64,000 nucleotides of DNA from an uncultured virus (IMG/VR IMGVR_UViG_3300030419_006315) (IMGVR_UViG_3300030419_006315); one strand, 5' to 3'. Counted from the first letter of the stretch, positions 17,948-27,950 are shown. The notes: a model not told the origin generated them from the sequence alone. Translations and numbers: made by a program.

Positions 17948-18350
17948 AAAGAGAGCGATGTTCATTGGTCGGTGGCAACCCCTTCACAATGGGCACAAGT
18001 GGCTAATAAGTCAGAAATTGGATCAAGGTATTCCCGTGCTCGTGGCTGTCAGAGACATCCCGCCGGATGAGAAGAATCCCTTTACCACAGAACAGACAGT
18101 GGAAATGCTGCAAACCGCTTATCACGACGATGACGTGGAGGTGGTGGTCATCCCCGATATCGAAAGTGTCAATTATGGCCGCGGCGTCGGTTATGAGATC
18201 AATGAACATGTCCCGCCACCTGACGTGGGCTTTGTGTCAGCAACCTCAATCCGAGACCGCATTAGGAATTCTGATGAATCGTGGAGAGAAAATGTTGACG
18301 CAAAGATTTGGGAACAAGTAGAAACCTACTTGGGTGCGTTAGGTGAATGA
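17937..18350 (+). CDS. HxGH nucleotidyltransferase (cytidyltransferase-like)
   Basis: FIGRWQPLHNGH, KNPFT, YGRGVGY, VSATSIR; GTG start after SD AAGGAG. Confidence 0.82.
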   Translation: MKTKKRAMFIGRWQPLHNGHKWLISQKLDQGIPVLVAVRDIPPDEKNPFTTEQTVEMLQTAYHDDDVEVVVIPDIESVNYGRGVGYEINEHVPPPDVGFVSATSIRDRIRNSDESWRENVDAKIWEQVETYLGALGE

Positions 18351-19074
18351 CGAATCAAAAGAGATTTCAGTCGATCTTTACGGTGACGACATTGGAAAGG
18401 TCCAATTAATTCAGCATTATGGTGACGACAAGATGGTGGTAAACTCAGCACGAGTTTCTTTTGGGCAACACAAAGAAGAGTTGACGGGAAAGGATGAGAA
18501 GCTTATCAAGTATTTAATCAAAAATAAGCATACATCCACTTTGGAACATTGCGGCGCCACATTCAAGTTTGTCGTGCCACTGTTTATACGCAGCCAACAC
18601 CATAGGCACCGTACTTGGTCATATAATGAGATCAGCCGGCGCTATACAGACGAGAACTTAAGGTTTTATGAACCAGAGAGTTTCAGGAGACAGCACACTT
18701 CAAATCGACAAGCGTCGGTAGCAGAGGAGTGCAATCCTCCAATTAGCTTTTATGATATTATTTCTGGGAAGCGTGTGAATAGGGATGCATCTGTCGCAGT
18801 GGTCGAGCATCATAAAGATAGTATAAAGTTGTACGAGGATTTGATGGAGGGCGGCGTTTGCCGTGAGCAAGCTAGAGGCGTTTTACCACAAAATCTTTAT
18901 ACAGAATATTATGGAAGTGCTAACTTAAACAATATATTAAAATTTATAGATCTGAGGCTTGACGACCATGCTCAGTGGGAGATTCAAGAAGTTGCTAAAG
19001 CCTGCTTGGATATTATAACTAATTTATTCCCCGTCACTGTCGGGGCCTATAGGGAGATTCGTGGAAAATTGTAA
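18343..19074 (+). CDS. thyX: flavin-dependent thymidylate synthase
   Basis: ARVS, HTSTLEH, RHRTWSYNEISRRY, EQARGVLP, HAQWEI. Confidence 0.95.
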   Translation: MNDESKEISVDLYGDDIGKVQLIQHYGDDKMVVNSARVSFGQHKEELTGKDEKLIKYLIKNKHTSTLEHCGATFKFVVPLFIRSQHHRHRTWSYNEISRRYTDENLRFYEPESFRRQHTSNRQASVAEECNPPISFYDIISGKRVNRDASVAVVEHHKDSIKLYEDLMEGGVCREQARGVLPQNLYTEYYGSANLNNILKFIDLRLDDHAQWEIQEVAKACLDIITNLFPVTVGAYREIRGKL

Positions 19075-19948
19075 TATAGGAATAGTGGGCAATGGGTTCG
19101 TGGGCTCTGCAGTAGCTTACGGTTTCTCTTCACAGTGTGGCTGCGAGGCCACTGTACGCATATACGACAAGCAAGAAGAAAAGTCTTTTTGCACACTAGA
19201 AGAAACCGTAAATGAATCGGACTTCATATTCTTGTCAGTGCCCACACCTTCAAATGAAGATGGTACGATATACTTGGGCATAGTTGAGAAAGCTCTCGAA
19301 GAGATCAATGAAGTAAACGACAATGACAGAAACGTTGTACTAGTGAGGTCAACTGTGACCCCTGGCACAACACGAGCGCTGAGCGAGAAGTTTCCAAACT
19401 TGAGGATCGTGTTCAATCCGGAGTTCCTTACGGAGAGGTCGGCAAAGTTTGACTTTATTAATCAATCTCGTTTTATTATCGGAGGTCCGGACCCCTCGGC
19501 CCAGAGCGTTCAAGATGTCGCAAACTTATTTAAATGGAGGTTTGGACAATCAACTCCTGTGATTGCTTGTAACTACGAGACTGCAGAAATTATTAAATAT
19601 ATGAATAATTGCTTCTTTGCACTTAAGGTGTCTTTCTTGAATGAAATGCGACTACTTGCAGACGAGTGTAATGTTGATTGGGATACTGCAATTGACGGGT
19701 TTGTCCGAGACGGAAGGATTGGGCATTCACACTTGCAAGTTCCGGGTCCGGATGGAAAGTGGGGCTTTGGTGGCTCCTGTTTTCCCAAGGATATCAGGGC
19801 GATGGTAGGTTTTGGTAAAGAGAAGGGCGTAGATATGAGGACTCTGGCCGCGGCCTGGGAGACTAATTTACAAGTACGCCCTGAAAGAGATTGGGAAAAG
19901 CTTCTAGGACGTTCGGTTATAAAAAAAGGAGAAGACGATGCTAGCTGA
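19061..19948 (+). CDS. UDP-glucose/GDP-mannose dehydrogenase family protein
   Basis: GIVGNGFVG, SVPTP, RSTVTPGT, NPEFL, KY.NN, GFGGSCFPKD. Confidence 0.9.
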   Translation: MENCNIGIVGNGFVGSAVAYGFSSQCGCEATVRIYDKQEEKSFCTLEETVNESDFIFLSVPTPSNEDGTIYLGIVEKALEEINEVNDNDRNVVLVRSTVTPGTTRALSEKFPNLRIVFNPEFLTERSAKFDFINQSRFIIGGPDPSAQSVQDVANLFKWRFGQSTPVIACNYETAEIIKYMNNCFFALKVSFLNEMRLLADECNVDWDTAIDGFVRDGRIGHSHLQVPGPDGKWGFGGSCFPKDIRAMVGFGKEKGVDMRTLAAAWETNLQVRPERDWEKLLGRSVIKKGEDDAS

Positions 19949-20927
19949 TGTGGTTGTGGATTTACAGTATGGAGATTGTGGAAAGGGCAAAGTGACGAAC
20001 CACTTGTGTAAAACTGAGGATTATACTCATGTGATAAGATATAATGGTGGCTGTAATGCTGGGCACACTATTTATCACAATGGAAGAAAAGTTATTACGC
20101 ATCACATTCCCGCAGGCGTGCTTCATGGCATTAAATCTATTATTGGCCCTGGCTGCGTTGTGTTTCCTGATCAGTTCTTCGCTGAAATCAAAGAACTCGA
20201 AGAAGCAGGAATACCCGCTCGACGATTTGTCGGTATTGCAAGCAATACGCATGTCATCACACGAGACCACCTCCATGAGGATGGAAAAGACAGTGCTATT
20301 GGAACAACAAAGCGGGGCAATGGCCCTGCCTACCGAGACAAATACGCGAGAAGTGGAGTAAGAGCAGAGAGTGTACCAGAACTTCAAGAATTTATTGTTG
20401 ACATTTATGATGAGCTTCACAACCAGACTGAGGAAGTTAAAATTCTTTTTGAGGGAGCACAAGGATTTGGCCTTGATGTTGATTGGGGTGATTATCCTTA
20501 TGTCACTTCCTCTCATTGCACTAGTGCTTCTGCACTCCTTAATGGCGTCCCTCCCCAATCCATAAGAAACATTTACGGCGTTGCAAAGATGTATGAAACT
20601 TATGTTGGAGCAAAAAGTTTTCATGGTGAGGGCAAGATTTTTGACATGCTAAGAGATGCTGGCGAAGAATACGGTGCAACTACTGGACGCCCCCGCCAAT
20701 GCAACTGGATGAATTGGGAACTTTTGACCAAAGCCATCAACATTAATGGCGTCACTGACTTGATCTTAAACAAGGTGGATGTGCTAGAAGAAGTCGACAC
20801 TTTTAAGATAATCAAAGATGAAAAGGTCATGGAATTCAACTGCTTGACTTCTATGCAACATTTTATAACAAAAAACGTCAAAAAAGATGTTAATGTTGTA
20901 TTTAGTTCCAATAAGGAAACAATATAA
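19938..20927 (+). CDS. purA: adenylosuccinate synthetase (short form)
   Basis: QYGDCGKGK, GG.NAGHT, IGTTKRGNGPAY.DK, EGAQG..LD, YPYVTSS, GATTGRPR. Confidence 0.9.
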   Translation: MLADVVVDLQYGDCGKGKVTNHLCKTEDYTHVIRYNGGCNAGHTIYHNGRKVITHHIPAGVLHGIKSIIGPGCVVFPDQFFAEIKELEEAGIPARRFVGIASNTHVITRDHLHEDGKDSAIGTTKRGNGPAYRDKYARSGVRAESVPELQEFIVDIYDELHNQTEEVKILFEGAQGFGLDVDWGDYPYVTSSHCTSASALLNGVPPQSIRNIYGVAKMYETYVGAKSFHGEGKIFDMLRDAGEEYGATTGRPRQCNWMNWELLTKAININGVTDLILNKVDVLEEVDTFKIIKDEKVMEFNCLTSMQHFITKNVKKDVNVVFSSNKETI

Positions 20928-20928
20928 T

Positions 20929-21450
20929 ATGCTAATGATTAACGCCATTTGTGCGACTTTGATGACTATCGCTCTGCCACGAGCAGAACATGCCTGCAAG
21001 CAAGTTCCAACCATAATGGCTGCGAGCGAACAATACGATATTGAACCGACAGTGATGGTTTCACTTATTCATTGGGAAAGTCGATATCGTCCCGAAGCAG
21101 TTAGTCAAGCCGGCGCATGCGGTCTAACCCAGGTTATTCCAAAGTGGTCAAATCCGAAGAAGACCTGCAAACAACTGAAAGATCCTAAAACTTCGATCTT
21201 CGCCGGCACAAAGATGTTGAGTGATTACCTTTATTCATCCTATGCAAAGGCGGATTATAGAATTGCTTTGTGTACGTACAATGCTGGATACAGGTGCAAG
21301 AAAGGTCCCGACCGCCAGTACTCTGAAAGTGGCATGAAGTATGCTAAAAGAGTTTTGAAACTTGCCGCAAAAATCAAAAAAGAAAGCAACATTTACCTAG
21401 ATAACGCTAACTGGCAAGAAGTTGACTCTTGTTTTGAGAACCATAAATAA
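20929..21450 (+). CDS. lytic transglycosylase (SLT domain)
   Basis: IHWESRY.P.AVS.AGA.GL.QV, YNAG. Confidence 0.87.
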   Translation: MLMINAICATLMTIALPRAEHACKQVPTIMAASEQYDIEPTVMVSLIHWESRYRPEAVSQAGACGLTQVIPKWSNPKKTCKQLKDPKTSIFAGTKMLSDYLYSSYAKADYRIALCTYNAGYRCKKGPDRQYSESGMKYAKRVLKLAAKIKKESNIYLDNANWQEVDSCFENHK

Positions 21451-22270
21451 ACACATATACGAGCTAGATACTGTTGTTATTGGAAGTTGCACAAGAGCGG
21501 CATATTATAGTTTTATAAACAAATTACCAATAATTAACAACTCTCTAACAGATATACCGATATTCGATAAGCTAGAGCTATCATCGTTACCAGATAATCA
21601 AGTAAAACAACAGATAACCGAGCTTTTTGAGACAAAAGACGGGTTTATACCAGAATATCGGGTGCGAGACTTTCTTTTAACGTCTCTGAGCCTTGATGGC
21701 CTCAACATGATGTCTGGCAAACCTAAGAATATCCGAATTTCTGACGATATTATAAAAGTCGTAACTCAAAATTCCAGGCTCATTAAAATTAGGTGTAATA
21801 ATTTAATCTTTTTTGATGATGAGGGCGTCGAGGGCGTCGATTTTCCGTATGCTGAGAAAAATCCAAAAAATAGAGTTTTAGATTGGTTCAGGATCGAGTC
21901 CGGTGCGAGTCACAACAAAAAGCTCCTGTTATCAGACGAAGATTTTGTAAAAGAAGTTCATTTTCCCAAGTTTGATTCTTTTAAACACCAGAAATACTTA
22001 GCTGCCGTATCATTTCTTACAAATGAGGAGGCTAGAGACCCAGAAAATTCAGGATTTTATATGAGATACAAAATCATTGACATGATGAAGAAATCTGGTA
22101 TAATGGGTATGAAGAATGGCATACATAAGAAGACTGGAGAGCAAATATATTTACCAATTAAACTAGATTATGAATACAGGGAAGTTATAAGGAATAACAA
22201 GTTTATAAACAAAACTGTTAATAATATTACGTTTAATGGGCAAACCTTAAAGCAAATCTTTAATGAGTAG
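21422..22270 (+). CDS. hypothetical protein (possible degenerate Rossmann-like N-terminus)
   Basis: 282-aa ORF; DTVVIGS near the start. Confidence 0.6.
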   Translation: MTLVLRTINKHIYELDTVVIGSCTRAAYYSFINKLPIINNSLTDIPIFDKLELSSLPDNQVKQQITELFETKDGFIPEYRVRDFLLTSLSLDGLNMMSGKPKNIRISDDIIKVVTQNSRLIKIRCNNLIFFDDEGVEGVDFPYAEKNPKNRVLDWFRIESGASHNKKLLLSDEDFVKEVHFPKFDSFKHQKYLAAVSFLTNEEARDPENSGFYMRYKIIDMMKKSGIMGMKNGIHKKTGEQIYLPIKLDYEYREVIRNNKFINKTVNNITFNGQTLKQIFNE

Positions 22271-23153
22271 TCCACACGATCATATTGTGGGTGTTATACC
22301 GTTGGCGGGATTTGAGTCGGATTTCAAATTTCCATGGCCTGACTGTATGCAGCCAATTTCCGACAATTATCTAGCAATCGAGAGATCTGTCGTTGAGTGC
22401 GCCTATGCTGGGTGCGACACGATATGGATTGTGTGTAACGACGATATACAACCCTTGATAAGACATCGGTTGGGTGAGTATGTGCAAGATCCGGTTTGGC
22501 TCATGCGACCGTTTCAAAAAAACGCTTTTCAAAACCAAAAGCCAATTCCGATATTTTATGTTCCGATAAACCCTAGACACCGAGGCAAGATAGATTGCTA
22601 TGCTTGGAGTATAATGCAGGGGGCAAGAATGGCCTGGTTTATGGCTCATAAGATGAGCAAGTGGATTGTGCCGAGGAAATATTATGTATCATATCCGCAT
22701 GGCCTATATCCTCCAGAGATCTTGAGAGAACATAGAAAGACCATCCGCAATAAAGATCTCTTCTACCTATCACACAATGGTAAAACATTTAAAGACGGAG
22801 AGTATCTAGGCTTTGCATTCAGAGAAGAGGATTATAAGAAGTTCTTGAAAGTCATCCGCAGTGGCACAGGTATATGGGACCCAGATGGCTTCGAGTATGG
22901 TGGGAAAAATAAGTTGTTGCCGCCCGGGCAGAAGAATTCGGCGACAAAATTTTCTCTTGACAAAGTGTTTAAAGATGCTATACTAGAGGACGGAAATGAG
23001 ATAGAAGTTCCTTGGTTTTATCCGATCGATAATTGGGAAAATTTAAAGAAGTTTTTAGGGTCAGAAGAGTCGAATTTACTTGCAAGACCATCCAAGCATA
23101 TGTTACAATATAAAGAGTTCAATCCGATAGGAATCGATAATGAAGAAGAGTGA
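22263..23153 (+). CDS. sugar-phosphate nucleotidyltransferase-like protein (divergent)
   Basis: VGVIPLAG...P.C.QPI...IERSV.EC..AG.DTIWIV resembles the NTP_transferase N-terminus but lacks GTR. Confidence 0.55.
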   Translation: MSSPHDHIVGVIPLAGFESDFKFPWPDCMQPISDNYLAIERSVVECAYAGCDTIWIVCNDDIQPLIRHRLGEYVQDPVWLMRPFQKNAFQNQKPIPIFYVPINPRHRGKIDCYAWSIMQGARMAWFMAHKMSKWIVPRKYYVSYPHGLYPPEILREHRKTIRNKDLFYLSHNGKTFKDGEYLGFAFREEDYKKFLKVIRSGTGIWDPDGFEYGGKNKLLPPGQKNSATKFSLDKVFKDAILEDGNEIEVPWFYPIDNWENLKKFLGSEESNLLARPSKHMLQYKEFNPIGIDNEEE

Positions 23154-25155
23154 ATCAAACATCCCCTTTGTGGGCCTCCACGCCCATTCTAACGCTAGTA
23201 TTTTCGATGGGTTAGGGTATCCGGGGGAGCACATGGACTATGCCTTCTCGACGGGACAGGACGCCTTAGCGTTGACCGATCATGGCAATATGAACAACCT
23301 TGCATACCAAGTTATGCACGCAAAGAAGATGAAGAAGGACGGCAAGGAGTTCAAGCCCATTTATGGTTGTGAAGCGTACTTCATCCCCTCCATTTCCAAG
23401 TGGAAAAAGGAGGTTGAAGCTCTTAGCGAGAAAAAGAAGACAAAAGAGGAGATTGGTACTTTCGTAGAAGACGAAAGCCGCGAAAAGAAGAAGAATATTT
23501 TGCGACAGCGAGCACACATGATCTTGTTGGCGCAAAACGAGGAAGGCTTGAGCAATCTTTTTAAGCTCGTCTCCGAAAGCTACAAGGAAGAGAACTTTTA
23601 TCGGTATCCCCGTATTGATTATCGATTGCTAAAGAAGTATAACAAGGGGATTATCGCTGCTAGCGCATGTCTTGGCGGCGTCTATGCTCAAGACTATTGG
23701 AATAACCGCGATGATGGAGACACTGCCATCATGAATGCGATGTACAAGACAACCGAACAGATGCAAGGTATCTTCGGCGATCGTTGGTATGGTGAGATCC
23801 AATGGAACAAGATTCCCGAACAACATGAATTGAACCAATATATTATCAAGACGTGCCAAAAGATGGGTGTGGAGTTGATTTCAACTGCCGATAGTCACTT
23901 TCCATCCCGCGATGCCTATAAGGACCGTGAATTGTATCGCCGACTTGGGTGGATTGGAAAATCGCGCCGTCCGGATTGGCTGTCCGCGGACCTTCCCGAT
24001 TCGATCGATGACATGGATTACGAATTGTATCCTAAGAATGGCGAAGCTATGTGGGAGTCGTACAAAAAAAGTTCGGCAGAACTCGGCTTCAAGTATGATG
24101 ACGATGTTGTGTTGAAATCGATTACTCGTACACACGATATTGCCCACCAAAGGATTGAGACCTTCTTTCCAGATTCGACCGTTCGCCTTCCTGACTTCGT
24201 TGTACCCGAAGGAGTCAGCGCTGATCAAGCCTTGGTGCAGTTCTGTGTTGATGGGCTGAAGCAGAAGGGGTTCAAGGACAATGAGGAGTACATTGCTCGA
24301 CTGAAACAAGAGATCAAAGTAATCCAGAAACGAGGTTTCTCGAAATACTTCTTGACGATGAAGGCCATTGCAGATAGGGCGGTTCAGGATCAGTTGGTTG
24401 GTCCTGGTCGAGGATCTGCTGCAGGTTCTTTGATCGCTTATGTGTTGGATATCACACAGGTTGATCCCATCAAGTACGGCTTGCAGTTCTCTCGCTTCCT
24501 CACCGAAGAGGGTGCAGGATACCCAGATATCGACTATGATGTGTCAGATCCGATGGTATTGAAGGAGAAGTTGATTGAGGAATGGGGCGACACCACCGTT
24601 GTTCCTATTTCAAACTGGAACACACTACAGCTTCGCAGTCTCATCAAAGACATTTCGAAGTTTTATGATATTCCATTCACCGAGGTCAACTATGTGACCG
24701 GCCGAATGCTTCACGAGGCAACTCCAGAGGCCAAAAAGGCACATGGTATCAAGGCTGGCGTCTATACACCAACATTTCAAGAGGTGATGTTGTATAGCAA
24801 GTCTTTGCAGGATTTTCTCAAGAAATATCCGAAGGTTGAGACACACATCAATGTCCTATATGGTCAGATTCGGTCTTGTTTTACTGACAAGGTGGGTATT
24901 TTGACTGACGATGGCTATAAGACCGTTGATGAGATTGAGACCGGGGATTTGGTTGCTTATTACGGAGAGGATAACCAAATTCATTACAATAGCGACTATG
25001 AGATCTATTTTCAGGGAACCAAGGAGGTTTATGAGGTTGAACTTGAAGATGGAAGCACCATAGAACTTACGGCCGACCACGAAGTTCTAACCCAAAATGG
25101 TTACAAGCAGGTGGCGAACCTCACAGAAGAAGATTGTATGTTTGGGGTGGCATAA
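23140..25155 (+). CDS. dnaE: DNA polymerase III alpha, N-terminal part fused to N-intein
   Basis: PHP motifs LHAHS, LTDHG, TADSH; GPGRGSAAGS; PDIDYD; ends in intein N-part. Confidence 0.93.
   Translation: MKKSESNIPFVGLHAHSNASIFDGLGYPGEHMDYAFSTGQDALALTDHGNMNNLAYQVMHAKKMKKDGKEFKPIYGCEAYFIPSISKWKKEVEALSEKKKTKEEIGTFVEDESREKKKNILRQRAHMILLAQNEEGLSNLFKLVSESYKEENFYRYPRIDYRLLKKYNKGIIAASACLGGVYAQDYWNNRDDGDTAIMNAMYKTTEQMQGIFGDRWYGEIQWNKIPEQHELNQYIIKTCQKMGVELISTADSHFPSRDAYKDRELYRRLGWIGKSRRPDWLSADLPDSIDDMDYELYPKNGEAMWESYKKSSAELGFKYDDDVVLKSITRTHDIAHQRIETFFPDSTVRLPDFVVPEGVSADQALVQFCVDGLKQKGFKDNEEYIARLKQEIKVIQKRGFSKYFLTMKAIADRAVQDQLVGPGRGSAAGSLIAYVLDITQVDPIKYGLQFSRFLTEEGAGYPDIDYDVSDPMVLKEKLIEEWGDTTVVPISNWNTLQLRSLIKDISKFYDIPFTEVNYVTGRMLHEATPEAKKAHGIKAGVYTPTFQEVMLYSKSLQDFLKKYPKVETHINVLYGQIRSCFTDKVGILTDDGYKTVDEIETGDLVAYYGEDNQIHYNSDYEIYFQGTKEVYEVELEDGSTIELTADHEVLTQNGYKQVANLTEEDCMFGVA
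24877..25152 (+). mobile_element. split intein N-fragment (92 aa)
   Basis: block A CFTDKVGILTDDG, block B IELTADHEVLT, then stop codon; acidic. Confidence 0.9.
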
Positions 25156-25163
25156 AAAGAGGC

Positions 25164-25208
25164 TATTACTATACCTCCTGCCTATTTATAATAGGAGGTA
25201 TGGTAGTA
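25164..25208 (+). promoter_or_regulatory. hairpin sequestering the homing endonuclease RBS
   Basis: TATTACTATACCTCCT / AGGAGGTATGGTAGTA stem (2 G-U); loop contains CCTATTTA. Confidence 0.75.
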
Positions 25209-26161
25209 TGTTTAAGTGTAAGATTTGTAGTATTGAGTTGAAGCGAGGGAGCGGCCACATAAAGGCAAAGCATCACATCTCTACATTGGAATACATAAGC
25301 GAGTATGAAGGGATAGATTGTTGCGCTATGTATGATGAAGGATACTCCGCTCAACAAATAGCAGATTTTATTAAAGAAAAGAGGCTGGGAGTTCGCCCAA
25401 TAAAAAAGGATGTGCTAGATTATTTGCGCTCTAAGCGAGTTGAGATTCGTAATACGTCAGCAGCCACGAAAGTTTGGATTCAAAAAGCCGGCGGCCCCTG
25501 GAATAAGGGTAAGACAAAAGAAGACCACCCGGGTATAATGAAGTATGCTGAATCGCGACGAGGCAAAAATAATCCGTATTATAAGCAAACGGAGGAAGCA
25601 AAGGCTAAAACTCGCTATTGGGAATACAAGAGCGAAGAAGAACTTGCGGACATCCGCCGAAGAGTCGGCGAGACGCTGAAAAAGAAGTATCGCACCGGCG
25701 AACTAGTGCCATACGCAGTTCTTAACCCGGAGTGGGGATCCGTCGCACATCGTAAGCGGATGGAGGGTTATAGAAGATGGGCGAAGGATGGGAACAAGGT
25801 TAAGTTTGGCAACACTTCGGCAGCGGAGCGGGAAATCGCATCAATCTTACAAGAAGAAGGAGTCAGACACATCAGGCAGTTTTCTCCGGGAAAGTATAGG
25901 TATGACTTTTGCGTGCCGGAAACAAACACGATCATAGAATACAATGGAACTTACTGGCACGCTGACCCAAGGAAGTATAAAGAAGATTACTATAACCAGA
26001 AAAAAGGGAAAACAGCCAAAGAAATGTGGGACTATGATAAGAAAAGGGTTGATTTTGCCACTGAGATGGGTTATACTGTGAATGTTGTTTGGGAAGAGGA
26101 CTACAAACGGCTCACGAAAGACGAAAAAAGGAAGTTGATTCTTGAAAGCATTAAAAGTTAA
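25208..26161 (+). CDS. free-standing Vsr-like (DUF559/EDxHD) homing endonuclease
   Basis: N-terminal CxxC..H..H, NUMOD-like PWNKGKTKE, C-terminal S..E...Q...YDF...IIEYNGTYWH...D..R...GY.V..VWE; SD AGGAGG. Confidence 0.85.
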   Translation: MFKCKICSIELKRGSGHIKAKHHISTLEYISEYEGIDCCAMYDEGYSAQQIADFIKEKRLGVRPIKKDVLDYLRSKRVEIRNTSAATKVWIQKAGGPWNKGKTKEDHPGIMKYAESRRGKNNPYYKQTEEAKAKTRYWEYKSEEELADIRRRVGETLKKKYRTGELVPYAVLNPEWGSVAHRKRMEGYRRWAKDGNKVKFGNTSAAEREIASILQEEGVRHIRQFSPGKYRYDFCVPETNTIIEYNGTYWHADPRKYKEDYYNQKKGKTAKEMWDYDKKRVDFATEMGYTVNVVWEEDYKRLTKDEKRKLILESIKS

Positions 26162-26276
26162 ATCAGTCAATAAACTGCGCGAAGATAAGGTTTTTGACAT
26201 TCATCACAAACTGGATCAAAAGCAGTTTCTAGAAGAACACCCAAATTTGATTGCGAATGGGTTTGTGATTTCAAAC
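26142..26276 (+). mobile_element. split intein C-fragment (45 aa)
   Basis: basic start KALKVKSVNK, block F KVFDI...HPNLIANG, block G FVISN followed by Cys+1. Confidence 0.9.
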
Positions 26277-27950
26277 TGCTCTAGGCACGCCGGCGGGGTG
26301 GTGATTGGTGAAGACCTAGACAAGCGTATGCCGCTTATCAATAGCAAGGGTGTGCGCCAAACTCCATGGACAGAAGGACAGAATGTTCGACATCTTGAGC
26401 CCATGGGTTTTATCAAGTTTGATATCCTGGGACTGGCTTCACTCCGCATGATGGAGTTGGCCATTCGTCATATTTTAAAAAGACATCACGGAAACCCGGA
26501 TCCGTCGTTTGATGATGTGAGAAAGTTCTACAATGAAAACCTACATCCAGAGGTCTTGAACTTTGCGGACCAGGAGGTTTATCAAAACATCTTTCACGAC
26601 GGTAGGTGGGTTGGCATCTTCCAGTTTACAGAAGGTGGTGCGCAAAAACTGTGCCAACGTGTTATGCCCACCAATTTGGTTGACTTGTCTGCTATTACAT
26701 CGATTTATCGTCCTGGCCCTTTGAGTGCGGGCGTTGACAAGGGTTATGTCGAAGCTCGACGTGATCCTGAGTTGGTCGAGTACCCTCACGAGCTTTTCAG
26801 ACAAGTCACCAAGGATACTGCCGGCTTCCTTATCTTTCAGGAACAAATTGCCGAGTTGGCCCACAAGTTGGGACGCAACCTAACTTTGGATGAGGGCAAC
26901 AAGCTAAGAAAACTATTGACCAAGAAGGGTGTTGCTGAGGTAGAGAAAGAAAAGAAGAAGATCAAGAAGAAGTTTATCGACGGCTGCAATCAGAAGAAGA
27001 TTGACTTTGCAACTTCTGAGAAGATTTGGGATTTGTTTGAATACTTCTCTGGTTACGGCTTTAACAAGTCTCACGCCATTTCTTATTCGATGCTGTCCTT
27101 TCAGTGTGCTTGGTTGATGAATTACTTTCCCATCGAGTGGGTAGCATCTTTCCTCGATAAGGAGCCAGAGGGTCGCAAGGAGCGTGCCATCAATCTCGCA
27201 CGAAAGTTCGGATTCAAGCTGCAGCCTCTAACAATCAACCATTCTGGTAAGGTGTGGGAGATTTCCGATGACAACGAGACGTTGATTCAACCACTTTCAA
27301 CCATTAAGGGGCTAGGTGACTCCGCAATTGATCAAATTATTGCTAATCGACCTTTCAATAATGTTGAGGAATTCATTTTCAACGAGGACATTGTTTATAG
27401 CAAGTTGAACAAAAAGGCTTTGGATGCTCTGTCGAGGGCAGGTGCATGCGATGCTCTGATTGATGATAGGTTCACAGGGGCGAAGCACTTCTGGACTGCA
27501 GTTGCCGTAGATCGTCCACGAAAAGAGAAAAACCTCATAGACAATATTGAGAAATACGCTGGCGAAGGCGAGTTTTCGGACGAGGAGCGCATTCAATATC
27601 TTGTTGATTTGACTGGTGTTTTTCCCTTCGATTTGGTGATGGACGATTATATATTGGGCCGCTTGGAGGACAACATGGTGCCTCCGTTGGGCGAGTGGGA
27701 TGACAACCTTGGAGTTGCCTGGTTTATCCCGAGAGAGATCATTCCTAAAAAGACCAAGAATGGCAAAACGTATTGGATTGTCAAAACGATTGATTCAACA
27801 AGTTCTTCAGAAGCTATCAAATGTTGGGGTGTTGACCCCAAGAGGGATAGTATTATTATTAATCGCCCCTATATGGCACGTTTAGAATATAGTGATCAGT
27901 GGGGCTTCAGTACAAGATCTATTAGACATAATTTCAGGATGCTAGGATGA
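26142..27950 (+). CDS. dnaE: C-intein fused to DNA polymerase III alpha, C-terminal part
   Basis: after the intein: CSRHAGGVVI, GFIKFDILGL, GIFQF, RPGPL, IFQEQ, FSGYGFNKSHA, HhH IKGLG. Confidence 0.93.
   Translation: MKALKVKSVNKLREDKVFDIHHKLDQKQFLEEHPNLIANGFVISNCSRHAGGVVIGEDLDKRMPLINSKGVRQTPWTEGQNVRHLEPMGFIKFDILGLASLRMMELAIRHILKRHHGNPDPSFDDVRKFYNENLHPEVLNFADQEVYQNIFHDGRWVGIFQFTEGGAQKLCQRVMPTNLVDLSAITSIYRPGPLSAGVDKGYVEARRDPELVEYPHELFRQVTKDTAGFLIFQEQIAELAHKLGRNLTLDEGNKLRKLLTKKGVAEVEKEKKKIKKKFIDGCNQKKIDFATSEKIWDLFEYFSGYGFNKSHAISYSMLSFQCAWLMNYFPIEWVASFLDKEPEGRKERAINLARKFGFKLQPLTINHSGKVWEISDDNETLIQPLSTIKGLGDSAIDQIIANRPFNNVEEFIFNEDIVYSKLNKKALDALSRAGACDALIDDRFTGAKHFWTAVAVDRPRKEKNLIDNIEKYAGEGEFSDEERIQYLVDLTGVFPFDLVMDDYILGRLEDNMVPPLGEWDDNLGVAWFIPREIIPKKTKNGKTYWIVKTIDSTSSSEAIKCWGVDPKRDSIIINRPYMARLEYSDQWGFSTRSIRHNFRMLG

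Noticed and set aside
19938..20927. PurZ / 2-aminoadenine (Z-genome) pathway, suggested by a PurA homologue plus MazG-like and PolA-like genes
   Set aside because: The protein keeps the PurA catalytic Asp (GDCGKG, not GSTGKG) and TTGRPR; no DatZ-like HD phosphohydrolase was recognised in the window
25097..25207. ORF-track start of the endonuclease overlapping dnaE-N
   Set aside because: ATG 25208 has a strong AGGAGG SD and a regulatory hairpin; the upstream extension is probably not translated
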